60,515 nt of DNA, from contig NW_027191473.1 in the NCBI RefSeq assembly GCF_011745625.1, positions 372,001-432,515 on the forward strand, written 5' to 3'. Both the position numbers and the translations under genes were made by a program. Positions within the stretch are counted from its first letter, which is position 1. The number at the start of each line of letters is the position of its first letter. Source of the DNA: Cladosporium halotolerans. Lineage: Eukaryota. This document shows positions 10,301-22,437 of the stretch, piece after piece. The notes beneath the pieces are model-generated. The model was not told where the DNA came from. It saw only the letters and a program-made list of their open reading frames with translations, and ran no database searches.

Positions 10301-13083
10301 CAAAATCCGAGGTGACGATCTTCTCAGCGTCGGCAAGCGAGAAAGCGTTCTTACCAGCCTCAGCTTCACCTTGGCAAACAACGGCCAGAATGGGAAGCTT
10401 ATTTCCAGGGACGTGAGCCTGCTCCTGGAATGCGTTGATGAGCTGCTGGCACTGTGCTCTCGCAATGCGGAGGTAGCTTGTGAGGTCAGAGTAAAACGAC
10501 GGCCTGTCTTCCTCGACGAGACGCTTGAGGGTCTGAGTAGCATCTGTAGCGAGCTGATCGGGTTCTTTGGATGAGTTTGCGAAGTTTTCTAGAAGCATGG
10601 CTGTGAACAGCTGAGTTGTAGCGTAGGACGAGTTGAGCTGCGGCAAGAGCTGCGGCCCAAAGAAGGCCTGTCGCTCTTCGGCAGGCCAGAGGGAAATTGC
10701 TTTGCCGAGCGCTCGAGTAGCGACGATGCGGGACTTGATCATAACGTCTGTGCCGACGAGATCAACATCACCCTGCATGATGGCGGCATCGATGTTGTGC
10801 GATGCCTGCTGCGTCGGTACGACAGCGGTGGCGGCCTTTTCAGACCTCCTACGCTTCCTGGGCGGGTCGGCTCCATTGCTTGGAGAAGCGCGGTGGGCTG
10901 AGGCGAGTGGTGCGTAGCTGACGCCCGAGGGCTTAATGAAAAGAGTAGTGTCCATGGGGATCGGATGACGGCTGACGCCGATCGGGTGAACAGTAATGGT
11001 GACGAGAGATGTAGCATGAGGCTCGAACTCCGTTCTGAAGGCTTGCGGGCCCTTCGCGACCAGTCCGTCAGCAAGCGCATTCCAAACTTCAAGCGACAAT
11101 TTTGAGACGGCTTCGTTTCGTTCCACCAACAAGTTTTGGTAGACGAGGCGGAGCGCCTTGCCGTTGATCCATCCCTTGGTGTCGGCTCCGTCGATGTTGA
11201 TGAATGTCATCAGGGCGCGGAGAACAGCGGACCTGACACCGGTGATTGTGTGACGCAGGAAAGGATACAGGCGTGGCACGAGACGCTCGAAAGACTGTTC
11301 CTCATCCGTCGCAGCGTTCTTCTTCATCGCCTCCAGCACCTCGGGGAAGCTGCACAGCTTGGCAAGCAAGTCCATGACTGAGCCGGTGCTAGCGCTCAAG
11401 TCGTCGCTCAGGCTTGACAGACATTCCCAGACGACACTGATAAGATGGCTGAGTTCGCTTGATCGGACGTTGACGAATTCTTTGGCGACTGGAATCAACG
11501 TAGCTGCACTGACTGAGCGCACATCATCATCGGGATCACCGAGCCCCTTGATAACGCATTCCAACACGCCGTCCATCAATGAGGCATCTTGAAATAGAAG
11601 ATCCGTGCGAACGGCGACGAGGTACCTCATGCCAATCATTCCACCATGGCAGGCATGCCATGTCTTGGGCGATCGCTTGAGCTCCTTCTGCATCACGAGG
11701 CGGTAGAGAATGCGGTTTGCATCGTGCACAGACGAAGGCGGTAGATATTGCAGCACAGCGCCCATGGTCTGGCCGGCGGTCTCCCTAATCGGCGCAACGG
11801 CATTGTCGGAAACATAATCGGCGAAGCGGTCGAGCATGAACACACAGCAAATGCGACATGCTAGATCGTCCAGCCAGGCGCGGTTGAGCTGATCGTTCTC
11901 CGTTCGATTCTTGTCTGCTCTCCGTCCAGCGCCAGCACCGTGAACGCGCACAATCTCACGCAAGCCCATCGCTGCACCGTGACGGATCTCCCAAGTAGTA
12001 TCGAAAAGATCGACTGACAAGAATTCGCACAGGCGCTCAAAGGGCCACTCGTTGCCTTCTTCCTCATCGTCTGCGACCAGACTGGACTTCTCAGCAACGG
12101 GCAGACCTTTGAACTCCGACACGACCTTCGAGTCGTCGTCCCCACCCTTGCGATCGATGGAGAAATAGTCCGCGTTGCCGTTGCCGTTCGGCTCTTCCTT
12201 GATCTCCTGCTTCACCTCTGGCTCGACAGGGGTCTGTGCGACGCCGGCGGTGCTGCTTGTCCGCGAGCCGGCAAAGTCGTACTTGAACTTCTTGTTGTCG
12301 CGTTTGAGCTCGTCCTTTCTGCGCCGCTTCAGCGCGTTTAGCTGGCGCTTGCTCAGTTCGCCACCGCCCGAGGGCGTCTGCGGAGGCATGTCTTCGGGCG
12401 ACTTGACAGCGGCTTCTTCGGAGTGCGACATGGACGTTTCCAGGGTGGGCAGGCTAGGCTTCGAGAACGAGTTGGGGCGGACTGCTATGTCCTTTTCTTC
12501 CACCAAGTCGTCCTCGATGTACTCGCCACCGAGACCGAGACGTTTGACGAGGGATTTCTTCTGATGCATCAATCGTTCTGACGCGTTGAGGCCAGCGAGC
12601 TTGAAGTCGTATTGCTTGCCAGCACTGCCGAGGAGCTCCTTTCCGTAGGTCAGGATCGATTCGACGTCCAGGGTGGCGAGGGAGAGTTGGTCGGGATTAG
12701 TGGTTGCGGGCATGTCGGGGTCTTCCTTCTTGACGCCGTTTTCACCATTAGATTCGTCGGCCTTCACTTCCTCGAGTGTGGCGTTGGGATCGTATTTCTC
12801 CGCATGTTCGACGATACCGCCGATCGCCTTCGCGGCGGCGGTTCTTGTGTCCCATGACGGCGAACGAAGGTAGGGAACGACTCTGGTCAGGAGGTTGAAA
12901 AGTTCGTCCGGGTGAGCCTTTTGGACGTCGGCGAGTTGTTGTGCAGCGGTATTACGGATGAGCTGGGTGCTTCCAGTCTCGAGCAGGGTGACCAGTCGGT
13001 CAAGTCTGTCACGTGATGTCAGCATGGACGGTTACACCGCCGTCAGATTTGGTTGCACGACAAACTCACCGTGAAGTCGTCAT
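7311..13083 (-). CDS. MOT1: TBP-associated SNF2-family ATPase Mot1/BTAF1; intron 13006-13069
   Basis: MTTSR|LDRLVTLLETGST...AAQQLADVQK N-terminus, HEAT-repeat region, LCDDMGLGKTLQ, LDEGH, LSGTPIQN, QAMDRAHRIGQ. Confidence 0.97.
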
Positions 13084-14604
13084 CGTTGGGGATTAAAGCA
13101 AGCTTCAGGTCATGCAAACGCCGGGGTTGACGCGAACGCCCATGCAGAAGGGTAGGAGAGAGGGAGGGAAATGATCACGGCCGGGCGCAGATTGCAAGCA
13201 TTTCAGCAGAGACGCGGCCGGATCTCTCTCGAATGCAGCGCTGCTATTTCTATTAATTGGGTGACGGGCGGGCAGTGAGTGATGGATGGACGGATGGGCT
13301 GTTTGGCGATTAAAGGTCGGGTGGATGCGCGGCAGGTGCAGCGGGGCCAATCACGGGCGCGGGATCGTGGAGGCGACGTCGAGCTCGTCGTGGGCGGCAG
13401 GGCAGGTCTGGCAGGTCTGGCTTTGTCCTTATAAGCGCACGTCGTGTCCCTTCCAGCTGCCGCAGAAACACGCTAGCCCCGACGCGGCTAGCTCCCGCCC
13501 GTTGGTCGCGCCCTCCCACACCGAATTACTGGCCAGTTGTTTGGTAGGCGCGAGCCTGACGTGCCTGAGAGACAGGACGTGATCAGATTTTTTTGCTGCG
13601 ACTTGGTGAGGTGCTGCGTGAGATTACCGTACTCTACACAGATATACTGCCAAACGGGTTGCTTGTCACGTGGCGAATCTCCGTGTCGACCCGCCTCAGG
13701 CATGTGACGACGGCGATGATGGCTCCTGCAACAGCACAGCTACAGCACGCCAAGGGGCATCCTCCTGAGCGGACGAACGCCTGGATATCAAAGCGCTGCA
13801 TAGATCCCGGAGAGGGCTTGCAGATCGCCCTGCCTCGCGCAACGCTCACCATGCACCCACGCACCCGCGCACCCACGCACCGCCTTCACAGCCGCAACAA
13901 GGGTTGGGCCATCGCGGCCGCCAGAAGGGCCTCTCCTCTGCAGGCCGCTCTCCGCCGGCGCGCAAGTCAGCTTAACCTTCGAGTACGCGGCGCATGCGGC
14001 GCTGGCCAATCATCTCCTCTCGCCCGATTGATGGGACGCTCTTATACACAAGGCACTCATCGCAGCGCCCGCATCAGGCATGGTCACGCGTACACGCCTG
14101 CATCCTTTCCGAGGCACTCGGTCGGTGCAGTGCTGAGATGCGGCGGTCGTTTGCGCCATCAAATACATGCTTTGATTCGTCTTCCTTTCATGACAGATGT
14201 CGCGTCTTTCCCATGTCAAGGCGGCCAATAAGCCCTTATTGCGGATTAGGCACGGCTTGCCGTCGGAAATGCGAATGTTGCGATAACATCTCGAAGTGTC
14301 AAGGTACGATCTTAGCGTCAGTTGAGGAAACTGGTTGGAATCGCGTAAATCCGCGCACTCGTTCTGCAGTGGGCAGCATGGACGCCGAAAGCGCGCGACC
14401 CTGGCAAACGCGGTTCCGTGAAGACACACATCGAGAGAAAGAGGCTGGCAGCTGGAGCCGAACGCCGTCTCCTTCGAAGATTTGCAACGGCTGCGGAACA
14501 CCACGGCTCCACTGTGACGCGTGCGCAATTCCGTCTGCGGCATGTACGTACCGTACGCTCTTCCGATCAAATCTTTCGAGCCTGCTGCTGCGTGCTGTGA
14601 TCGC

Positions 14605-14624
14605 GCATCGCATCGCATCGCATC
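14605..14624. repeat. (GCATC)4 short tandem repeat
   Basis: gcatc x4 in intergenic DNA. Confidence 0.7.
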
Positions 14625-14855
14625 GCGCGCGAGAAGTCATGGCAAACGCTGAGTTACCCGTCGCGCATCGAGGCGTAGCGGGATGTCCGCGCTAGTTTGC
14701 GCCTCTTCCGCTGATGGTCTGGAACTGGCTATCCTCCATTTCAGGTCTGCATGCGGTACAGAATAGGGTGTCCGATCCTGCATTTTCGTCACGAGGATAG
14801 CGCATCTTCTAGTCTAACCAAACAATATATAAATGGACAAGGTAAGTGGTAGCTA

Positions 14856-16679
14856 TCATGACGCAGGGATCTCGCGCTTCCCTCCCTTCGCCCAATCTCT
14901 CAGGATATTCTTCCGCAGCTTGCCCGTCGACGTCTTGGGCAGCTCAGGAAGGACCTCGACTTCTCGCGGAACCATAAAGCGACTGATGCCGCTCTTGTTC
15001 TTCGCCCACTCGATCACCTCTTCGCCCGATAGCTGACCTTCCCTGCCTGATTTGAGGGTGATGAACGCCTTGGGTGTCTCTCCCCATTTCTCATCTTTCA
15101 CCGCAACGCACGCAGCTTCCAGGATATCCGGATGCGTCACGAGCAACGACTCAAGAGCCAACGAACTGATGTTCTCGCCGCCCGAAATGATGATATCCTT
15201 CGCTCGGTCCAGGATCTGGATCGCGCCGTCTGGATGCCATACGGCCAGGTCACCGCTGTGCATCGCGCCGCCCAGGAAGAGCTTCCGCGTCGCGTCCGGG
15301 TTCTTGTAGTACTCCTTGGCACAGAGATTGCCGGTGAAGATGATCTCGCCGATCTCCTTGCCGTCTCTCTTCACTTCGATCAGGTCGCCGGAAGGCTCGT
15401 CTGGATCGTCTTCGCTGGTCTTGACGACTCTGACAGGCAAAGACATCACAGAGCCGTGACCTTGACGGGCCATGCGGCCGAACTTCTCTTTAACCTCGAG
15501 ATCTCTCCATGATGGCTTGAAGTAACCCTTTGTGATTGGGCCGTACGTTTCTGTAAGGCCGTACACATGCACGGGCGCGAGGTTGAGTCCTTCCATGGTC
15601 TCGAACAGATGGGCTGTCGGAGGGCTTGCAGCCACAGTCACGCGCACGGGCTCTGCAAATCATCAGTAAGTGATCTTCTGCAGTCTCGCCAGGCTTAACA
15701 TACCTGGCAGTCTCTCCGCATTAGGATCCGCGCAAAGCAGAATATTCACAGTCGGCGCAGCGTTGAAATGGCTGATCGCCTCATCCTTCAACAACCTCCA
15801 GATCTCAGGATAATCAATCTTCCTCAAACAGTAATGCGTGCCCCTCACAGCCGTCACCGCCCACGGGAACGTCCACCCCATCGCATGGAACATCGGCAGC
15901 GTCCACAAGTAATGGCACCGGTCCGCTTTCGAGTTATGCGAGTTCAGCCCGCTCTCGACAATATTACCCAGCGCCGCCAGATACGCCCCGCGGTGCGTGT
16001 ACACGACGCCCTTCGGCCTCGCCGTCGTCCCCGACGTATACGACAGCGCCATCATCTCCTCCTCGCGCGCCGTCTCCGTCTCCAGCCCATCCCACCCGCG
16101 CCCGCCCGTCTCCTTATCGAACTCCAACCCCTCCAGCACAGCCCGGTCAAACGGCCCCTCATCCGCATCCGTATCCGTGTCCACAATCAACTTGACCCCC
16201 GGATGGCTCTTCGCAAACCCGCCGAGCAAATGTTCGAACTCCGCATCGACAATGATCGAATCCACCTCCGCGTGGTCGAAAATATAGCTGATATCATCCT
16301 CTTTCAACCGGTAATTAATCGCCACGTTCACCGCCCCCGCCGCCCCGACCCCGTAGATCGCTTCGAGGAACGCAGGCGTGTTCGGCGCCAGGATCCCGAC
16401 GCGCGCGTGCCCGTGCTTGCGCAGGTAGTAGGCTAGCCCGCGTGCGCGGTCGGCGGCCTCTGCGTAGCTGCGCCGCAGGATGGCTTTGTTGGCTGTTACG
16501 TGGTAGATTGCGCAGGCTTCGGGCTCGATTGCTGCGGCGCGGGGGAGGAAGACGGTCGGGGAGAGCTGGTGGATGTTGTGCTTGTGTTCGTACGGTTGAG
16601 GGGTGGGGGAGGAGGAGGAGGAGGAGGAGGGGGAGAAGTGGGCGGCGAGGGAGGTGAGGCGGCGGAGGGCGGAGGACAT
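14856..16679 (-). CDS. AMP-binding acyl-CoA synthetase with N-terminal PTS2-like signal; intron 15653-15703
   Basis: YTSGTTARPKG P-loop, LPMFH, YGLTETYG, HSGDLA, DRAKDIIISGGENI, LPKTSTGK. N-terminal RLTSLAAHF fits R-L-x5-H-F. Confidence 0.92.
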
Positions 16680-16967
16680 GGTTGGTTTCTGGTGGTGGTT
16701 GATGTGGGGGTTGGTTGGAGTAGAGCGTTCCGCGAGGAACGTTGTGTGTAGCTCTTGCTGTGCGAGAAGGCGAATGTATAAGATTATAAACAGATCATTG
16801 AATGTCGTTTCAGTGAGGTAGAGGTGAAGAAGAGCTTCTTATCCGTCAGGCCATATGAACCGAACCTCGAACGAGCTCCCCCAGAAACGAACGGTCTTGG
16901 AACGACGGGATGCTGGGGAAACTGTGGGGTTGCGATTGGCGGAGGCGGCGTTTTGGTTTGCTCACAA

Positions 16968-16973
16968 CCGAGG
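16968..16973. promoter_or_regulatory. FarA/FarB-type motif (CCGAGG) upstream of the acyl-CoA synthetase
   Basis: Exact CCTCGG on the minus strand ~290 bp upstream of the ATG. It is only a hexamer. Confidence 0.35.
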
Positions 16974-17368
16974 TCCTGGTGCTGCTGTCGCCGAACTCAG
17001 GCGATTTGTCGGATTCGCTCGAATGGAACGCGCGCGTGAGGTACATGTGATTGTGCTGGTGGCATGATCGTCGATAGGGTCTGACAGGATTTGGATGCTT
17101 TGCTCAGCTCTTGTTTTGTTGCTGGTGGTCGATCGCTGCTTGTGGGATTGGAGCTACACTCGCTTATCGAGATGAGAGCTCCGTTTCGAGGACTGTCACT
17201 TTGGCGGTTTCAATGGACTTCGAAGGAGTTCTGATCAGGCTCAACGAGACTTCAAGAAGTATAGAGCTACAGGAGGAAAACGTGTGCTTATCATGGGTAT
17301 ACAAGGATCACTACCAACCAAAGCCTGCTCAGGACTTTGAGCATGAATGTCACAACGACTAGACAGAA

Positions 17369-18274
17369 TTACGGCCGCACACGCTGCTCATCTGTCCACT
17401 TCATGAACAACCCGACATCCTTAACCACAGCATCAGGAACACCCAGCTTCTGCGCCCACATCGGCAGAACACCCCCGGCATCGCTCGCCGTCCCCATCTG
17501 CCACTTGACATTCCTCCCCTCATCCACCAACTCCCCCCGCTCAACACTCACATACTGCCCCGTCGTAATCTTCGGCCTATCCTGATACTTCACGCCCGGC
17601 AGCCCCTTCGCCGAAACCGGCAGCTGCACAACCAACCAGTCGTCCCGTGCCGGCCGCTTCGCCCACATGCACAACACCGTGAACACGCGATCATTCAGCG
17701 GCGGCGGGATCTTATGCACCATCTCCCTCACCTCCGCGCCCACATCCTCCCACTCGCCCACTTTCTTCCCCGCTTTCCCTAGCTCTTCGCTCCAGTCGAA
17801 CACCAGGTGCGCATCCAGCACGTCCGGCGTGTAGTCGTCCTCGCGCGCGCAGTGGTCCGCGCGCGTCCCGCGGTCGAACTCCTCCCAGCTCGCCGTGCCG
17901 CTCTTCGCGGCGTTCTCGTGGATGCTCGTGCGCGCGAACCAGGTCTCGGCGGTGGTGTCGGCGCTGCTGTGCGCGGAGGACGGGAGCTCGCGGGGCGGGA
18001 TGGAGTGGGAGAGGAGCTCGACGGGTGCCGTGGAGGGCGGGGAGCGCCGGTCTTTGGATCTTGATTTGAAGGTGCGGGGGAGGTAGGAGGTCATGAAGGT
18101 GTCGGCTTCGGCGAGGACGGTGGCGGCGTAGGAGGTGATTGTTGGGCGGGCGTTGTTGGAGGTTGGTGGGAGGGCGGGGTGAGAGGGGAGTTCGGATTGG
18201 TCGCGGTTGCGCAGGCGGACGTGAGGGCCGAGGATGGTGGGTATTGTTGACGAGGACTGAGGAGGGGTTGACAT
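17369..18274 (-). CDS. DUF3074 (START/SRPBCC-like fold) protein
   Basis: WFARTSIHE...GTASWEEFDRG...HCAREDDYTP...PPPLNDRVF...GQYVSVER...WQMGTASDAGGVLPMWAQ pattern of the fungal DUF3074 family, recognised by eye. Start placed at MSTPPQ. Confidence 0.78.
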   Translation of the reverse strand: MSTPPQSSSTIPTILGPHVRLRNRDQSELPSHPALPPTSNNARPTITSYAATVLAEADTFMTSYLPRTFKSRSKDRRSPPSTAPVELLSHSIPPRELPSSAHSSADTTAETWFARTSIHENAAKSGTASWEEFDRGTRADHCAREDDYTPDVLDAHLVFDWSEELGKAGKKVGEWEDVGAEVREMVHKIPPPLNDRVFTVLCMWAKRPARDDWLVVQLPVSAKGLPGVKYQDRPKITTGQYVSVERGELVDEGRNVKWQMGTASDAGGVLPMWAQKLGVPDAVVKDVGLFMKWTDEQRVRP

Positions 18275-18690
18275 TGTGTTCTGTTGATTCGGCTGGTGTC
18301 TAGGAGAGTGAGTCGTAATGTGTATTAATAAGGTATCTGAAGTGGAATGAGAATCCAGAGGGTGGGAATATGTTAAGGTAAGAATGGCAATACTTGTACG
18401 AGGTACGCACATGCGTGGTGGGCAAGGCGTGAGGAGCTGGCCGCGCTTGCGTTTTTGTCATTCATGACGCTGTCGAAACATTGCGATCTGTATATCGGGC
18501 TGCGTCATCATGCGGCGATAGCGACCTTCTTGAATACCCGCCCGCAGCATGTCGCGACAATGCGCTCTGAGCTGTCAGATGCTACCAGGCATGAAGCACC
18601 GCACTCACTTGTAAGAATGCCTTGAGATGCGGGTGTCATTCGCGCGAAGGTAAAGACGCAGGGACAGCGTTGAGTTGCAGACGAGATGAA

Positions 18691-18696
18691 CCTCGG
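18691..18696. promoter_or_regulatory. FarA/FarB-type motif (CCTCGG) in the DUF3074/thioesterase divergent promoter
   Basis: Exact CCTCGG ~105 bp upstream of the thioesterase ATG. It is only a hexamer. Confidence 0.35.
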
Positions 18697-18798
18697 CTCT
18701 GCCCAGAGACTCCTTATCAGATCTGGTATACACACCCTCTGTCCAACTCACAGACCGTCCGGTCTCGTGAAGTGACCAAACAACTCACATTACCCAAC

Positions 18799-19355
18799 AT
18801 GCGGCCTACCCTCGGACTCGACCTAGCTTCGAAGAAGCAAAGAAAGCGCGGCGATTACATGTACCGCGAGGATTATCGCACAAGATGGTACTTCACCCAA
18901 TGCCAGAGTACACCGCCTTCACTAACACCACTTTCAGGGCAGACAATGACATGTTTCATCATCTCAACAACCCCATCTACGGAGTACTGATAGACTCTAT
19001 AATCAACAGCTACCTCATTCAGTACTGCGGTTACAGCACATCACAATCAAACCATGTTGGTCTCGTGGCGAACAGCTACTGCGACTACTTCGGCGCTGCC
19101 CACTATCCTGGTATGCTGGATGTCGGGCTGCGAGTCGTCAAGATCGGCAACAGCTCGGTGATGTACGAGGTTGGCGTCTTCCAGCGAGGCGAGGACCAGG
19201 TCAAAGCAGTCGGTGGCTTCACACAGATCTGGGTGGACAGGGCGACCAACAAGGTCACGCCAGAGGGCGTACCTACGAGCGTCAAGCAGCCTTTGCGGCC
19301 ATTGCTGGAAGGCAGTGGGAATGAAGGAGCGATGACCAAATCTGCAAAGCTCTAG
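18799..19355 (+). CDS. Hotdog-fold (4HBT-like) acyl-CoA thioesterase with C-terminal PTS1 (-AKL); intron 18888-18937
   Basis: YRTRW|ADNDMFHHLNNPIY catalytic motif, GLRVVKIGNSSVMYEVGVF; ends KSAKL*. Confidence 0.88.
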
Positions 19356-19910
19356 CATTCTAGTTCCATAGAATGTCGAGACAACACGGGCTTTCTTTGC
19401 TTCGATGTCAGGTCCTTCTCCTACTTCATTGACGTTGTTGGTACGTAGGGTTAGGGTTGGGGGGACCCGATATTTGCCAGCCACTTGGCGCCTATACCCT
19501 CGCTTATTGATCCTTCGATAGTTCCCTGATTATGGATCTTTCTTTTTGCCATAGTGTAGTAAAAGGTGCTTTTGGAGGTCGGCTTGTCGGTGCGGGCTGT
19601 TTTGCGGCCGTATCACCAATCCGATGAATCGCCCCACATCTCGAGCGTCCAACACTTGCTGGACTGCCGAATATGCACGCATGACTCCCATCTGATAATA
19701 GCATTCAGAGATGCTACTCGTCTGATGCACAAGTGCAGGCTGCTGAGATTGTGTCAGCCGCATTCCCTCGAATCTCTCATCCTCGCAGGATCGCTCACCA
19801 ATCCAGTCATACCTCGATTGTATTCAACTGCTGAAAAGCATCCGGTCTCGCATCGCGATTTCGGATTGAAAAACCTAAAGCAACAGAGCGGACCAGACAA
19901 ACTATCCAAT

Positions 19911-22199
19911 ATGGAATGCGATACCGCGCCAAAAAGTGCGGACTTGTTGCCACCAAGCATGAACAGTGCTAAAAGATCAGTCTGTATTGTCGGGGCCGGT
20001 CCAGCCGGTCTTGTTGCAGCGAAAACAATCGTCCAAAGCGGCCAGTGCGATGTCACGATCTATGAGAAATCCGACCGGCTTGGTGGAATTTGGGCTTTGG
20101 ACGAAAGCTCCGTCGGCGAGTACCTGAGCCCATTCACGCCTACCAATCTGTCCAAGTTCACAGTCGCCTTTTCCGACCTCTCCTGGAATTCTGTAGACTT
20201 CAATGGCGATGGGAAAGCCACTGGACCTCCGATGTTTCCGAGAGCCTGGCAGGTTAACAAGTATCTCGAAGCTTACAGGCGGAGATATATCCCCGATGGA
20301 GTGATCGAGTTCGGACACGAGGTGACAGCTACTTCTCAAATGAAACAGTTGGCAGTCGGAGCAAAGCCTTTCTGGCGGATTACAGTGAGGAACCGACAAG
20401 GCGATGAGGAAGTCAAGAGCTTCGACAATCTCATCGTTGCCTCTGGCTTCTTTTCTGCTGCGCGGCCTTTGCAACAAAACGTGGCAGTGGGCCTTGATAA
20501 CTTGTCAGTAAAGACCATCCACAGCTCCCGGTTCCGAACCCTCGAAGACCTGTTTCCGAATGGTAAATCAGCTGCTGGTAAAGATATCCTCGTAATAGGT
20601 GGCGGCAATTCCTCCGGTGAAGTCGCTGCGGCTATCGCTTCCAGCCTTTCGAATGCGCAATGGTCACCGGAACCTGCGCAAGCGAAGAGGTTCGAGGGCT
20701 GCAAAATAATCCACGTAACACCCAAACCTCTCTATGGTATTCCTCCCTTCATACCAACAGACGAAAGCTCCACAAGCTATGTACCAGTCGATTTCCACCT
20801 CTACAATCTATCACGCAGGTTGCCTGGACCAATCGCTGGAAATGCAGGCCGTGTCACGGAAGACGTAAAGAACATGCTCCATGGCGCAATGAAAAGCATG
20901 CTTGGTGGAAATCAGTCAGACCTGGGAGCTGAAGCCCTGGTCGCTCCTGAGGGCAGTGAACGAGCAACCGTGCAGGTAGCACTGAGCGAGAGCTACCCAG
21001 AGTACGTCAGATCCGGGATGATCCAAGTTCTTGCCGGTCATGTCTCGAGCATCGACGCGAGAGACGAAGACACTGCGATGGCCAACGTCAAGAAGGGCGA
21101 GAACACCCTCAAGCTTGATAACATTGGGGCAGTCGTATACGCAACGGGCTACAGCCCCGAGACGGCTCTCCAGCTCTTTCACCCGAGCGTGAAGAAGGCA
21201 CTGCATTACGACCCAGATAGCATGCGGCTACCTCTGATTCTTGAGCGATGGCAGACAATGAAGAGGTCGGGTGAAGACGACCACTTGGCTCTCATTGGGT
21301 TCTACGAAGGTCCCTACTGGCCCATCATGGAGATGCAAGCACGTCTGACTGCCGCACGCTGGTTCAATGATGAAGAACTCCCGCAGAAACCGTACGAGCA
21401 GGCCGCAAAATTGCTCGAGCTCCGTCAAGCGATGAAGGACCGCGCGCTCGATATTCCCCAGTACTGGTTTGGCGACTACCTTGGCTACATGGAAGAGCTC
21501 AGTTCGTTGCTCCACCTCGAGCGCAATGACGGCCAGTTCGCGGAACGAGAGGGAGCCGTCTCCCCATCAAGATATCTCTCTCCAGCTGACGACAAAGCCG
21601 AAGCGCACAAGACCATGGTCGACATGCACAACGTCTGGAACGCATGCCGGAACGACGGCAAATACGTCCCGCGTGCCGTCTTCCGCGCCCTTCACGGCAA
21701 CTGGGATCTCCATCGCCGGATCACTAGCAGCAAAGGCGCTTTCCCCTCCGGCGTCTTCACTGGCACCGCGAGCTTTCACACTCGCTTTCCGACCACGGAC
21801 AAGACAAAGCAGGTGTTCGACCTCGAGTACATCTACATCGAGTCTGGTACCTTCACGCCTGCGACCGGCCAGCCCATCACCGCCAGCCGCCGCTACGTCT
21901 ACCGCTACGCTGAGTCCACGGACAAACTGAGCGTATGGTTCGTGAAGCCAGACCGCAATCTTGAGGTCGACTATCTGTTCCACAATCTCGCTTTTGCGCG
22001 GCCGGAGGAGGCGAGAGAAGAAGGTGCGTGCGTGGCCAAAGCGGACCATCTGTGCGTGGATGACATGTATGATACGCAGTATCGGTTCCCGATGAAAGGG
22101 ATCGCACTGCATAGCTTCCAGGTGTCGCATACTGTTAAGGGGCCGAGTAAGGATTACGTGGCGGTGGCGGATTACAGGCGTCCGGAGAAGAGGAAGTGA
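19911..22199 (+). CDS. Flavin-containing monooxygenase-like protein with C-terminal DUF6314-like domain
   Basis: VCIVGAGPAG (FAD), GGIW, IHSSRF (FMO motif remnant), VIGGGNSS (NADPH), YATGY. C-terminal GNWDLHRRI...YIESG...YVYRY...HLCVDDMY domain. The start may instead be 19959. Confidence 0.83.
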   Translation: MECDTAPKSADLLPPSMNSAKRSVCIVGAGPAGLVAAKTIVQSGQCDVTIYEKSDRLGGIWALDESSVGEYLSPFTPTNLSKFTVAFSDLSWNSVDFNGDGKATGPPMFPRAWQVNKYLEAYRRRYIPDGVIEFGHEVTATSQMKQLAVGAKPFWRITVRNRQGDEEVKSFDNLIVASGFFSAARPLQQNVAVGLDNLSVKTIHSSRFRTLEDLFPNGKSAAGKDILVIGGGNSSGEVAAAIASSLSNAQWSPEPAQAKRFEGCKIIHVTPKPLYGIPPFIPTDESSTSYVPVDFHLYNLSRRLPGPIAGNAGRVTEDVKNMLHGAMKSMLGGNQSDLGAEALVAPEGSERATVQVALSESYPEYVRSGMIQVLAGHVSSIDARDEDTAMANVKKGENTLKLDNIGAVVYATGYSPETALQLFHPSVKKALHYDPDSMRLPLILERWQTMKRSGEDDHLALIGFYEGPYWPIMEMQARLTAARWFNDEELPQKPYEQAAKLLELRQAMKDRALDIPQYWFGDYLGYMEELSSLLHLERNDGQFAEREGAVSPSRYLSPADDKAEAHKTMVDMHNVWNACRNDGKYVPRAVFRALHGNWDLHRRITSSKGAFPSGVFTGTASFHTRFPTTDKTKQVFDLEYIYIESGTFTPATGQPITASRRYVYRYAESTDKLSVWFVKPDRNLEVDYLFHNLAFARPEEAREEGACVAKADHLCVDDMYDTQYRFPMKGIALHSFQVSHTVKGPSKDYVAVADYRRPEKRK

Positions 22200-22437
22200 A
22201 CGATTGATAGTAGCTTGGGCCATGTATACGAGAACATCTAGAAACTTGAGGGCATGATTCATACGAGAGTCAGGTGCGACAGCATCGTGGGCATAGAGAA
22301 GGCAATAAAATTGAGCTGATAGAAGACGAAGGATAGCCATGAGGCTGTCAATAGTTTCCAAGATGAAGCAAAAGGTTGTATCGTGAAATTACTCATACTT
22401 CGAAAAAAAAAAAGCCTCAAAGAACGATGCCAAATGG

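Noticed and set aside
13105..14695. Several 200+ aa overlapping ORFs upstream of MOT1
   Set aside because: Arg/Ala/Cys-rich translations typical of GC-rich non-coding DNA; no motifs.
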